DNA of 64,000 bases. Source: an uncultured Solirubrobacterales bacterium. Its GTDB lineage: Bacteria; Actinomycetota; Thermoleophilia; Solirubrobacterales; Solirubrobacteraceae. Shown here piece after piece: positions 45,313 through 55,036 of the stretch; position 1 is the stretch's first letter, and every line of letters starts with the position of its first letter. Location: NCBI GenBank assembly GCA_963695325.1, contig OY968776.1, positions 3,132,257 to 3,196,256 on the forward strand. The letters are read 5' to 3'. The translations under genes and the position numbers were made by a program. Below the pieces are notes generated by a model. It worked only from the letters and a program-made list of their open reading frames with translations. It was not told the DNA's origin and ran no database searches.

Positions 45313-47196
45313 GTGGACCGGCAAGCGAGCAGAAGTGCGGGCAAGAGAAGCTGTCGTTTCGTACTCGCCTTGGCAATCGTTGGCGGAGTGATGCTGATGT
45401 GCACGGCGGCGACGCTCGCCGTTGCTCCGACTGTCCAGATCACGCGCTACTCGCCGACGGTAACAGGCACGACCGGCACGGCGAAAGCCGGCGTTGAAGT
45501 CGCGGTCACCCTCATCAGGGCCGGAACCACGATCGCCACGGCTCCAACTGCGACCACGAACGCGAACGGCGAATGGATGGCGAACCTCCCGGCTCACGCT
45601 CCCAGCGACTTCACGGACGCCGTCAACGTCGCCTACACCGGCGCGGGAGCGCCTGTACCCGCGAGCAGCTCATACTCCGGCATCTCCACGCTCGCGAACG
45701 CAGCCGTTATCACGGGCGACGGCACGACGATCACGATCGACTGCCAAGACCTTGGCGTCGAATGCGGCAGCGCTGTGCCGGTGACCGTCCACTACGCCGG
45801 AGGGAGCACGACGACAGTCAGCGCGACCCCAGACGGCGCCGGTGACTATTCCGCGACGTTCTCATCGGCTGTAACAGCGAATGATGCCGTGACGTTCAAT
45901 CCAACCCACGAATACGAAGACGGAAGCAACCTCGCCCTAGTGCTGCCCGCCGGCTTGCCCGGCGTCGGCGTCAGCGACCACCTCGGCGTCGCGCCGCCCA
46001 CTTGCTCCGCCGACCTCGTCAACAACGCCGTGAGTTGTGTGGATGTGCATGCTGGTAGCGAATACGCGATCGAACAATCCCGAGCGGGCTCGCCGGTCGA
46101 AACAAAGACGCTGACCGCCGTCAGCGACGGCGTCGTCACTGACCCGGCGGCCCTGACGACAAGCTTCGCATCGATCAAAGCCGGGGATCACCTCGCTCTC
46201 GTCGTCCCAGAAGCCGGCGGCAACGCGAAGCGAACCGTGACGACGCTGGACGTCTATGCGCTGAAAGCGAGCGTCGTCGAACAAGACGCACACCTCGACC
46301 CGAGTGGCACAACGGGAAGCTGCGAAGTTGAAGAGTTCGACCCTCTTACCGGCACGCTGTGCTCATCGCTCGGCACGCTCAGCGAGAACATCCCCGATCA
46401 CACGCCGCGGTTCGAGGACGAGCTGAGCGGCGGAGCGACCACGGCCACGATCCCATCCTTCAACGACACGTCGCCGACCGATAACGAGCTGACGTCACCG
46501 TCGTTCATCGCGTACGCCGACGTAATCAACTACGGAGGGTTCGACGACGCCTCAGGCGTCGCTTTGACTTTGACGCCGCTCGCGGGCGGAGCGCCGAGAG
46601 CGTTCGCCGGCGACGCGAACTCTTCTGCCGGGATCAGCGTCACCGGCCTCGCCGCTGGACGCTACGCCGCCGCCTGGACTGTCACCGACAGTAACGGCGA
46701 CACGAGTTCACTCACCACTTGGATTGTTGTTGAGGAATCGGAGACCGGCAAACCTGGACCCACCGGACCAACAGGTCCCGCCGGGCCCACGGGCTCCGCC
46801 GGGGGAAGCGGCACGAACGGCAGCAATGGGGCGCAGGGAGTACCAGGTACCCCCGGAGCACAAGGATCTGCAGGACCAGCCGGTGCAGCGGGATCACAAG
46901 GCGTTCCTGGACAGTCCGTCGAGATCGAATGCCACACCGTGACTAAAGGCACGGGCAAACACAAGACGACGAAGCGCGTCTGCAAGGTGACCCAGCTGCC
47001 CGCTGGCAGCGCGATCACGGCAAGTCTTCGCCGTGGTTTCGTCGTTTACGAGCTCGGACACGCGCGTGTCAGCGGACGTAGCGCCGAGCTGCACATGCAC
47101 GCGCTACGGACGACGCCGCGAGGTCATTACGTCCTGACGATGGTGATCAGGACGGGATCGAGGGCGGTCACGATCACGCACAACGTGGCGATATGA
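45313..47196 (+). CDS. Secreted protein with Thr/Ala-rich beta (Ig-like) domains and a collagen-like Gly-X-Y segment
   Basis: The signal-like segment is FVLALAIVGGVMLMCTAATLAVA. The Gly-X-Y run lies at 46747-46908. The stop overlaps the next gene's start as ATGA. Confidence 0.75.
   Translation: MDRQASRSAGKRSCRFVLALAIVGGVMLMCTAATLAVAPTVQITRYSPTVTGTTGTAKAGVEVAVTLIRAGTTIATAPTATTNANGEWMANLPAHAPSDFTDAVNVAYTGAGAPVPASSSYSGISTLANAAVITGDGTTITIDCQDLGVECGSAVPVTVHYAGGSTTTVSATPDGAGDYSATFSSAVTANDAVTFNPTHEYEDGSNLALVLPAGLPGVGVSDHLGVAPPTCSADLVNNAVSCVDVHAGSEYAIEQSRAGSPVETKTLTAVSDGVVTDPAALTTSFASIKAGDHLALVVPEAGGNAKRTVTTLDVYALKASVVEQDAHLDPSGTTGSCEVEEFDPLTGTLCSSLGTLSENIPDHTPRFEDELSGGATTATIPSFNDTSPTDNELTSPSFIAYADVINYGGFDDASGVALTLTPLAGGAPRAFAGDANSSAGISVTGLAAGRYAAAWTVTDSNGDTSSLTTWIVVEESETGKPGPTGPTGPAGPTGSAGGSGTNGSNGAQGVPGTPGAQGSAGPAGAAGSQGVPGQSVEIECHTVTKGTGKHKTTKRVCKVTQLPAGSAITASLRRGFVVYELGHARVSGRSAELHMHALRTTPRGHYVLTMVIRTGSRAVTITHNVAI
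46747..46908 (+). repeat. 18 consecutive Gly-X-Y triplets (collagen-like triple-helix repeat), codon-level repeat
   Basis: GKPGPTGPTGPAGPTGSAGGSGTNGSNGAQGVPGTPGAQGSAGPAGAAGSQGVPGQ. Confidence 0.85.
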
Positions 47197-49619
47197 ACTT
47201 GACGAAGACCAAGTCATCGGAGATCGCCATAGCGGTCAGGGCGTCGGCGGTTACGGCGCTGCTCTTGCTCACGCTCGGGTATGCGGCCCCGGACGCCCGG
47301 GCTACCGTGGCGCCGGGTCCCTATAACGGTTCGGCGGCGACCGTCGGCACGGAGTTTTGGTTTGCGTTCGGCGAGAACCTGATCGAAGGAACGAACTACG
47401 TCAACATCAGCGGCACGACGGCAACGACAGCCACGGTGGCTGTGCCAGCGCTGGGATTCAGCGTTGACGTGAGCGTGACGCCGGGACAGACAACAAGTGT
47501 CGCCGTACCAACGGGCACCGACCTCCAGGCGCTCGACGGCGTGGAAAGCCTGGGGGTGCACGTGACCTCCGCGGCGCCCGTGACCGTCTACGGCCTTGAG
47601 GACGCCACGTACACCACCGACGGCTTCACGGCGCTGCCGGTGACGGCGATCGGGAGGAGCTACTACGCGCTTGGCTACGAGGCGCTCCAAGCACAAACGC
47701 CTCAATCGGCACCGAGCGACTTCCAGGTCGTTGGAACCCATGACGGAACGACCGTGACGATCACACCAGCGGCGGCAGCGGGTGCTCGGGAAGCGGGCGT
47801 GCCATACACCGTGGAACTGAACGCCGGCCAGACGTACCAGTTGATCGGCAACAGCGGCGCGGACCTCACGGGCACCCACATCACGTCGAGTGCACCCGTC
47901 TCCGTACTCGCCGGAGCGGAGTGTGCGAACATCCCCAGCCTTTCGTACGTCGCGTGCAACTACGTCGCCGAGCAGATGCCGCCGACACCGGAGTGGGGCA
48001 AAGATTTCCTCACGGAGCCCCTGGCGACGCGCACACTCGGTGACACGTTCCGGATCCTCGCCGGTCAAGCGAGCACCACCGTCGCCGTCAATGGTGGCAC
48101 CGTGGCCACGCTCGAAGCCGGGCAGTTCTACCAGACGCAGCTCACGGAAGCCTCCTCGATCATCACTAGTCATCCGGCCCTCGTCGCGCAGTTCTCCGAC
48201 TCAACAACATTCGACAACCTCGCGCAAGCTGATCCCTCCGAGACGCTCGTGCCGCCCACGGAGCAATTCCTGCACTCGTACACGTACACGACGCCCGTCA
48301 ACCCCAGGTTCACGAACTACATCAACGTGATCGCGCCCAACAACGAGACGGGTTCGCTCCTGCTCGATGGCGGCGCGCTCCCCGGCGGGGACTCCACCGC
48401 GATCGGGAGCTCCGGCTTCAGCGGAGCGCAGGTGCCCGTGGGAATAGGTACGCACACGCTCACCGGAGCTCAGGCGTTCGGCCTCACCGCTTACGGCTTC
48501 GGCGAATACGACGCCTACTCTTACCCGGGCGGCTACGCAGCCAGCTCAAGCACAACGAACCCGGCCGTGAACCGGTACGTCGCGCTCGGGGACTCGTACT
48601 CCTCGGGGGAGGGCGCGCTCGACATCAACGGCAACCCCGGTTTCTATCCGGCCACAAACATCAGCGGTGGCAGCAAACCAAACCAGTGCCACCGCTCGAC
48701 ACACGCCTACCCGGAACTCGTTCGCAACGATCCCCGCGTCGCTGCGCAAGCGTTCACCTTCGCGGCTTGCAGTGGCGCCAAGCTTCCCGACCTCATCGCG
48801 TCACTCCCGAGAGCCACAGGCACCGGTAAGCAGGGTGGCCAGTGGGGCGAAAAAGCGCAGCTTGATCGGATTGCACCCGCAGGAAGCGCCGACAGTAGCG
48901 TCAGTCTCGTCACCTTCACGATCTCGGGTAATGACTTTGGCTTCAGCGAAATCCTGAGCGAATGCGTCGGTGGCGCCGGGCACCCCGCGAGCACGTCGTC
49001 CTGCTCCGCCGCGATCTCCAAGTACAGGACACTCGGCACGAAAATCCTGAAGAACGGCGCCGCGGTGCACATCGATGAAAACGGCGACGGGAACTACACG
49101 CTCTGCAGCGGCCCTTGCACCGCCAGCTACGACGTACACATCCCGCCCTTCAGCGAACTCCTCACGCAGGTGCACAAGCGTGCTCCGAATGCGAGAATCA
49201 TCGTCGTCGGCTACCCCCATCTCTTCCCGGAAACACTCGTAAGCAACTGCACGGTGGGTGGCAGCAGTCTCTTCACCCACTACTCGATCACGCCCGCGAA
49301 CGACGGTCTCATGGGCACTGGCCAGGAGTACGTCGACAACCTCATTCGGGAAATCGTTCAGCAAGCGGCGGCGCAGGGCCTGAACGCCAGGTTTGCCGAT
49401 CCACGCGCCCGTTTCGTGGGCCACGATGTTTGCCAAGTACACGACAGCAACGGACAGCCACAGACCCACGCCTGGATCAACGGCCTCCTCTTCAACAACC
49501 CGCTCAACCCCTCCTCTTACAGCTTCCACCCGAACGCGGCCGGGCAGAAAACGTACGCGGAACTCGTCGCCGCCTGCTATGCGAAAGCAACGAGCTGTGG
49601 CTACGACCCGTTCCACTGA
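47193..49619 (+). CDS. Secreted fusion: IgGFc-binding-protein-N-terminal-like beta domain + C-terminal SGNH/GDSL hydrolase
   Basis: It has a signal peptide. GTEFWFAFGENLIEGTNYVNISG...VAVP...VSVTPGQTTSV fits the N-terminal domain. Block I reads YVALGDSYSSGEG, followed by ISGNDFGF and later blocks. Confidence 0.7.
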   Translation: MNLTKTKSSEIAIAVRASAVTALLLLTLGYAAPDARATVAPGPYNGSAATVGTEFWFAFGENLIEGTNYVNISGTTATTATVAVPALGFSVDVSVTPGQTTSVAVPTGTDLQALDGVESLGVHVTSAAPVTVYGLEDATYTTDGFTALPVTAIGRSYYALGYEALQAQTPQSAPSDFQVVGTHDGTTVTITPAAAAGAREAGVPYTVELNAGQTYQLIGNSGADLTGTHITSSAPVSVLAGAECANIPSLSYVACNYVAEQMPPTPEWGKDFLTEPLATRTLGDTFRILAGQASTTVAVNGGTVATLEAGQFYQTQLTEASSIITSHPALVAQFSDSTTFDNLAQADPSETLVPPTEQFLHSYTYTTPVNPRFTNYINVIAPNNETGSLLLDGGALPGGDSTAIGSSGFSGAQVPVGIGTHTLTGAQAFGLTAYGFGEYDAYSYPGGYAASSSTTNPAVNRYVALGDSYSSGEGALDINGNPGFYPATNISGGSKPNQCHRSTHAYPELVRNDPRVAAQAFTFAACSGAKLPDLIASLPRATGTGKQGGQWGEKAQLDRIAPAGSADSSVSLVTFTISGNDFGFSEILSECVGGAGHPASTSSCSAAISKYRTLGTKILKNGAAVHIDENGDGNYTLCSGPCTASYDVHIPPFSELLTQVHKRAPNARIIVVGYPHLFPETLVSNCTVGGSSLFTHYSITPANDGLMGTGQEYVDNLIREIVQQAAAQGLNARFADPRARFVGHDVCQVHDSNGQPQTHAWINGLLFNNPLNPSSYSFHPNAAGQKTYAELVAACYAKATSCGYDPFH

Positions 49620-49637
49620 GCAGAGCTCACTCGGGAC

Positions 49638-50801
49638 ATGGCCTCGCAATCCAACCAAGTAGGGACGTATGATGAACGACTGCCTAGGCTGTCCAGGCAC
49701 CTTGCCGTCTCGGGCTGCCTCGTGACCGACGCCCTGCTCCCTCCACCACGCAGTATTAGCTCGAACGCCGGTGCGCGTGTACGGCTTGTTCGTCGAAGCC
49801 TCTGCAGCCTACTGGTCATGCTGACATTTGTTGGCCTACTCGTCCTGTGTCCGCAAGCATTCGCCGATAGCGCGACCATCACCGTTACCAACACCGCCGG
49901 CGAATCGGATCCGGCGGCCGAACTCCCGCGCGTCTTCACGCTCAGCGGGACCGCATCCGTTCCGGAGTACGCGTACGTCAAGTATCGCGGGCCGGGCGGC
50001 GCGCCATGTGCGCCCAATGCGCACGAAGACTCGGGGTCCATACTGTGGGCGTTCCCGGGTGAAAAGGTTGAAGGCACCTTCAGCCTGAAAACCGTCATGA
50101 CCTGGAAAGAGCCCGGCACCTTCGTGTTCTGCCTATGGCTCAGCCCCGAAAACAACGAATATGGCGAGCGGGAAATCGTGACACCGATCACACAGGTGAT
50201 CACGTTCCGGTCTCCACGAGGCGCGATCAGTGCGACCGTCGATCCGCTCACTCCCGCACCAGGCCAGCAGGCGACCGTCACGGTCACGGGCTCAAGCGAA
50301 GCGCCTGAGAAAGTCTTTGCCAAGGTCCGGACGGCCGGCGGTGCGCCGTGCGCTCCGACCTACGACGCGGATACCGGCAGCGACTTCATAGAAGGGCAAA
50401 ACGTTAACGGCTCATTCTCAGAGCAAGCGACAACTACCCAGTCAAAAGCTGGCACATACTTGATCTGCCTGTGGCTAGCCGGCTCGGGGAGTGACACCTC
50501 TCCGATCGCCGGCCCTCAACCGGAGATGTTCATCGTCGCATCACCGCCTCCTCCGCCACTCCCTCCGCCACCATGCATTGTTCCTACCTTTAGTTCGAGG
50601 ATGCACCTGTTGACGGTCGAGCAGCGAATCCGGACGGCTCATTGCGCGGTCGGACGCGTCATTTACGTACGTAGCCGGCATGTCCGAAAGGGCATGGTGG
50701 TGCACCTCGGCTCGGCGCCCGGCACGCATCTGGCGTTTGATGCCCGCATAACGATTGTTGTCTCAAGCGGGAATCCCCGGCGGCACAGGCACCGTCGATG
50801 A
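49638..50801 (+). CDS. Secreted protein with an internal domain duplication, poly-Pro linker and PASTA-like C-terminal domain (start may be GTG 49722)
   Basis: The repeats are YVKYRGPGGAPCAPNAHEDSG...GTFVFCLWL and FAKVRTAGGAPCAPTYDADTG...GTYLICLWL. SPPPPPLPPPPC follows, then CIVPTF...AHCAVGRVIYV...ITIVVSSG. Confidence 0.6.
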   Translation: MASQSNQVGTYDERLPRLSRHLAVSGCLVTDALLPPPRSISSNAGARVRLVRRSLCSLLVMLTFVGLLVLCPQAFADSATITVTNTAGESDPAAELPRVFTLSGTASVPEYAYVKYRGPGGAPCAPNAHEDSGSILWAFPGEKVEGTFSLKTVMTWKEPGTFVFCLWLSPENNEYGEREIVTPITQVITFRSPRGAISATVDPLTPAPGQQATVTVTGSSEAPEKVFAKVRTAGGAPCAPTYDADTGSDFIEGQNVNGSFSEQATTTQSKAGTYLICLWLAGSGSDTSPIAGPQPEMFIVASPPPPPLPPPPCIVPTFSSRMHLLTVEQRIRTAHCAVGRVIYVRSRHVRKGMVVHLGSAPGTHLAFDARITIVVSSGNPRRHRHRR

Positions 50802-50991
50802 AAACGCATCGGTATGGGCGATGGCGATGTCACCTCTGCTCGTCCGCGCCGTGGTCGCGGGGCGCATACCCGGTGGCATTGGTGCCGAGTCGCGCCAGAA
50901 GGTCTACTCGATAGTGCGTACAACTGAGCGGTGCCACAAACCGGGCCGGCCGTCTTGTAGGCCATCTAGAATCATCGAGCATTCAAGGGGC

Positions 50992-51606
50992 TTGCTCATT
51001 GCGGCACATGCGGGTGTCCTCGCCTGCTGCCTTCTAGCTCCTGTCGCGGCCGATGGTGCAGTGGCTAACCAGCCGCGAGCGCAGGTGGCATCGACAAGCT
51101 GCGGCGTGATCACCGCTCGCGCCGAACGTTACCTGGTGCGCGTCGGCCGCGGCACCGTGTCATGTCCGCTGGCGCGGCATGTCATCAAGCACACCCTTAC
51201 CACGGGTCCGGGATCGATGGGGGGGCCCGGCCAACCGCCGAGGGGATGGCAATGCGGTTGGAACTACTACAGGTTCCCACACGGAGACAACGTCCGCGCG
51301 GGCGCAGCGTGCGCGCGGCATGGGAGCGAAGTCTTCGGATATTGGCGGCCCCACTTGCTCCACTGCCAGGACGTCACAGCCCACTCGGCGACGGGCACCG
51401 CGGTAATGGCCCACGATGTATGGGCATACCGACTCGACTGTGGCACCGCGACGAACTGGATAGACACATTCTTTTCATCGCTCGCCAACCCGTCCGAAGA
51501 AGCGTACACAGGCGCCACTTATGGCTGCGGCGGCGTCAGTGGCAATAATGCCGGGTGCGTAGGCACCTCGGGTACGACCGGGGAGGTCAATTTTGAGTTG
51601 GAGTAG
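50992..51606 (+). CDS. Small secreted Cys-motif protein (second family member)
   Basis: The track ORF is trimmed to TTG 50992 (GGGG upstream). (M)LIAAHAGVLACCLLAPVAADG is the signal. The motifs are SCG, then VSCPLARHVI, then WQCGW. Confidence 0.5.
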   Translation: MLIAAHAGVLACCLLAPVAADGAVANQPRAQVASTSCGVITARAERYLVRVGRGTVSCPLARHVIKHTLTTGPGSMGGPGQPPRGWQCGWNYYRFPHGDNVRAGAACARHGSEVFGYWRPHLLHCQDVTAHSATGTAVMAHDVWAYRLDCGTATNWIDTFFSSLANPSEEAYTGATYGCGGVSGNNAGCVGTSGTTGEVNFELE

Positions 51607-52057
51607 AAGTATCGCATCGCGGCGCGTTCAAGCGCACATACTCGTCGCGAGCTTGCTTATTTGCACATTCCTCTCAACCTGCGCCACGACCGCGCGAGGT
51701 GGCGCATACTCTACCGCTTCGTGTGCGCACCGGGGCGGACCCGGGATCATCGGAACGGAAGCGCTGATCAACGTAGGTTGGACAACCGGCGAGGCGGATA
51801 AGCTGGTTTCGCTCCTTTCAGACTTCTCACACAGGGTCTGCCCGCAGCCGGCGTTTCTCGATATAGACGCCAGAGCGATCTATCAAAAGCACATCGATCG
51901 CGAAACGGTCTGGCAGTACACCTTCAGTCTGTTGAGCGACACTAAACACCACTACTCGGCGACCGCCCAGTTTCCCGATATCGTGGACATGCGTATCATC
52001 GTGCGCTCGACCTCCGGACGGGTGCTGTATCGGTCAGGCACCGTCAAGAACGAATGA
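51593..52057 (+). CDS. Small secreted/lipoprotein-like hypothetical protein
   Basis: MSWSRSIASRRVQAHILVASLLICTFLSTCA looks lipobox-like. The gene is A/T-richer. Confidence 0.5.
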   Translation: MSWSRSIASRRVQAHILVASLLICTFLSTCATTARGGAYSTASCAHRGGPGIIGTEALINVGWTTGEADKLVSLLSDFSHRVCPQPAFLDIDARAIYQKHIDRETVWQYTFSLLSDTKHHYSATAQFPDIVDMRIIVRSTSGRVLYRSGTVKNE

Positions 52058-52093
52058 TTTCCCGCAATCGACATAGTCACAGCGTGCAGTTCC

Positions 52094-53386
52094 GTGGTTA
52101 GTCTTGGGCTCCGTATTGTCGGCGGCCTGCGATGTCGAGCCTTGCGGCCTCGGGATGATCGATCCGGAGTCGTGGCGCCACGTTGCGTGGTCGCGGCGGC
52201 GATCGTCGCACTGGTCGCGCTCGGACTTGGGAGTACGGTGAGCGGCGCCAGGGCGTCAACGTTGGTAATCCCGCTCTTGGAACAGCGCTTGCCGCGGCCG
52301 TTGCCGCTCCTCGACGACGTGCAGGCGGTTCAGGCCCTCAATAAGCAACGCGAAGCCAACGGCATCCCCGGCGGACTCGCGCTCGAACCGGCACTCAGCG
52401 AAGGCTGCCTCAGCTGGGCAACCATCTACCGACCCGCGCCCGGCCAGTATCCACACGAAGAGATCCCCACTCAGCCCGGCTACACGTCTGAGGGCAACGC
52501 CGCAGCCGCATCATCCGACCTCGACGGCGAACCGGGTGGCAAGTTCACGGTCGGCACGCTATGGACGGCGAACTTCAACCCGTGGTCAGCCGCGGCCTTC
52601 CACCTGTCGAGACTCATGGACCCCGCCGCGACGACTGCGTGGTACGGCGCAACGGACACAGCAGCCTGCATTGGTACAGGAGGCTCGCGCTCGTTCACGA
52701 GCCCCGCGTACTATTCGTACCCCGGCAACGGCGCGACGGAAGTTCCGACGCGCGAGAACACGGGTGAGTGGCCGCACTCGCCCGAGCAAGACGTTGGACT
52801 CGGCGACGAAGCGTTTGTCGCGCCAGCCATCATCCTTTGGGCCGAGGGCACCCAGGCGACGCTGACGAGCGCGACCGTGCAAAGCACCCGCGGAACCATC
52901 ATCCCCACCCAGCTTGAGACAGCAGACCCCTACAACGACGGAGCCAGCTTCGTCGTACCAACCTCGAAGCTCGCCCCGGACACCGCCTACGTACTCACCG
53001 CGAACTGGTCGGCCGTGAGCGGCGAGCAAACGCAGACCGTGCATTTCACGAGCGGACCCACCGACCTCAGCGAAGCAATTGAACGCGTCGAAGAGGCCGG
53101 GCCGAAGCACGAACTCGGGCGCGTCACCCTCAACCTGCGCGGGCACCGGCTCGCAGTGACCGACACCGGCTCCGGCGTCGGTGGCCCCGCCACGTTCCGC
53201 TTGATCCGGTGCTCGGGCGGGGAATGCAGTCGCGCGCACGGCGTCGCGTGGAAGAAGACGGTCGTGTTGAGACGTCACCTCAGCGTGACCGTGCCCAGGG
53301 TTTCCAAGGCGATCGAATACCGGCTCGAAGTGACGATGTACGCGTTCAAGATCGCTGACACTTTGCCGGTTCCAGCCGGCGGCTAG
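52094..53386 (+). CDS. Secreted hypothetical protein (possible CAP/SCP-like N-domain)
   Basis: The signal is VVAAAIVALVALGLGSTVSGARA. VQALNKQREANGIPGGLALEPALSEGCLSWA is weakly CAP-like. Confidence 0.55.
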   Translation: MVSLGLRIVGGLRCRALRPRDDRSGVVAPRCVVAAAIVALVALGLGSTVSGARASTLVIPLLEQRLPRPLPLLDDVQAVQALNKQREANGIPGGLALEPALSEGCLSWATIYRPAPGQYPHEEIPTQPGYTSEGNAAAASSDLDGEPGGKFTVGTLWTANFNPWSAAAFHLSRLMDPAATTAWYGATDTAACIGTGGSRSFTSPAYYSYPGNGATEVPTRENTGEWPHSPEQDVGLGDEAFVAPAIILWAEGTQATLTSATVQSTRGTIIPTQLETADPYNDGASFVVPTSKLAPDTAYVLTANWSAVSGEQTQTVHFTSGPTDLSEAIERVEEAGPKHELGRVTLNLRGHRLAVTDTGSGVGGPATFRLIRCSGGECSRAHGVAWKKTVVLRRHLSVTVPRVSKAIEYRLEVTMYAFKIADTLPVPAGG

Positions 53387-53590
53387 CCCGCGGTACAGTT
53401 TCCTTAAGGGGAACCCCAGCAGGACGCTGCTTGGCGTGGAGAGCGAGCGCATCGACGGGCGTCCGCTTGGCCGCTGCTCGTCGTCAACCGCGGGCGGGTC
53501 AGCGGCCTGGTGTGGTGACTGCGTTAGGGTCGGGTGCGCGCGGTGGACGGGGCGGTTTTGTCGTCTAGAAATTAGAGCGAGATGGATGTT

Positions 53591-53794
53591 CTAGGTCCGG
53601 CACACCGGCGCTTGGAACTCTTCGCGGGAGCGTTGAGCCTCAACAACCGTCAGCATCGTGGCCAGAATCAGGATGATGCCGACGAGCGCGATGATCAGCA
53701 ATCTGATGCCAGCTCCGGTTCGACGACGCGGCAACGGTTGCTGCGATGGTCGCCCTGGTTGTCGTGACGGCGGTGGTGTCCCCGCATATACCAT
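53591..53794 (-). CDS. Possible small Pro-rich single-TM protein
   Basis: The 67-aa ORF has a clear TM helix IRLLIIALVGIILILATMLTVV. There is no other support. Confidence 0.25.
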   Translation of the reverse strand: MVYAGTPPPSRQPGRPSQQPLPRRRTGAGIRLLIIALVGIILILATMLTVVEAQRSREEFQAPVCRT

Positions 53795-54073
53795 CTGTCT
53801 TCGATGCCCACCGTGCTTGTAATTTCGACGGGACTGGGTGGTTACTTGAGGATCGGGCTGACCGGAGCGTGGGGCGTGCTGGCGTGAGCATTCGAAACCC
53901 CGACCAACCGTTCGCTGCCGAGAGGATCAAAACTCCAGGCGTGCGAAGCGGTCGCCATGTCATTCCAGCGGTCTAAATGAGACCGGCCGGAACGCGCGAG
54001 GCCGCAACTCACGTTTCATACTTGTAGTGATGACCGCCGAGATGTTGTGATAGGCGACGGTCGTATCGCAAAG

Positions 54074-54541
54074 TTAGGAAGAGGGAGGCAATGGCTTCAC
54101 GCGAAGTTCCAACACCACGTCAGACTCGTGAGAGACGAGATCGCAGAGCAGCGCTATACCACCACGCAGAGACGAGAGCCCACCGCCGCAGTTGTACGCT
54201 CCGAGCTTGCGGAACGCCCCACTCCCCTTGCCTTCCTCGTGGCTCGTGTAGTACGACGTGACGAGATGCCGACCAGCGGCACAGGACAAGACGTGGGGCG
54301 AGATCACCAGACGCTCGCTCGTGTAGCCGTTTGGGCGGAGCTGGCTGACATGCACGTCGCCGCACTTGTGGGAGGGAGAGGCCGAGGCGCTGGACCCCAA
54401 ACCAAGGGCCAGGCCGGCAGTGAGTACCAAGTGCAGTAGTCCACGGCAGAGGTTCGGCACGGCGGGCAGTATCGCATCTCCGATAAGGATCGACTTGGGC
54501 CGAGAAACCGCGGTCGCGCATGCCGAACACCATCCGTCCAT
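54074..54541 (-). CDS. Small secreted Cys-motif protein (third family member; start probably internal)
   Basis: The signal is LLHLVLTAGLALGLGSSASA. The motifs are KCG, then LSCAAGRHLV, then YNCGGG. Confidence 0.4.
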   Translation of the reverse strand: MDGWCSACATAVSRPKSILIGDAILPAVPNLCRGLLHLVLTAGLALGLGSSASASPSHKCGDVHVSQLRPNGYTSERLVISPHVLSCAAGRHLVTSYYTSHEEGKGSGAFRKLGAYNCGGGLSSLRGGIALLCDLVSHESDVVLELRVKPLPPSS

Positions 54542-54667
54542 GGGCGGGCCAAGCCGCGGCGACCCTGGGGTTCGGACCCCGAAGGTCGGCCGTCCTCGCG
54601 CGGCTGCCGGCGGTCACCGAGGAGTGTGGGTGTGGTCCCTCGATGCGAGAGCGCTCGTGTTTCGCTG

Positions 54668-54990
54668 ATGAGCAGCGGCGTCGACTTCTACGTCCAAGCG
54701 GTCGTCTCGGTGCTGGTGATCACCGATCCGATCACGCGCGGGATCCTCTTCAAGGCGATGACCGCAGGGGAGCCGCAGCGGCGGCGCGAGTACGTGCGCA
54801 AGATCGCCATGACGGTCGCGATCACGCTTGGGGTCGCGGCGATCGCCGGCAAGCAGATTCTCGACGGCCTCGGGATTGATCTTGGCGCCTTCGGGATCGC
54901 TGGTGGGCTAGTCGTCTCGCTGGTAGGCTTCGAGATGCTGTTCGGCGTCGAGCCGAGTCGTGCTCATGGTGGCAAGGAGGCTCACCAGGA
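54668..54990 (+). pseudogene. MarC-family (UPF0056) membrane protein, N-terminal half only, fused in frame to the next gene
   Basis: MSSGVDFYVQAVVSVLVITDPITRGILFKAMTAG...LGIDLGAFGIAGGLVVSLVGFEMLFG is typical MarC. The second half of the family is absent. Confidence 0.55.
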
Positions 54991-55036
54991 CTCTCCTGGA
55001 CAGCCGGCGATCGTGCGCCGTGTATCGTCGCGTGGC

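Noticed and set aside
46747-46908. DNA-level tandem repeat or CRISPR-like array in the GGN-rich stretch
   Set aside because: The periodicity is 9 nt or less and exists at the codon level (Gly-X-Y) inside a long ORF. There is no repeat-spacer architecture. I saw no CRISPR-like array anywhere in the window.
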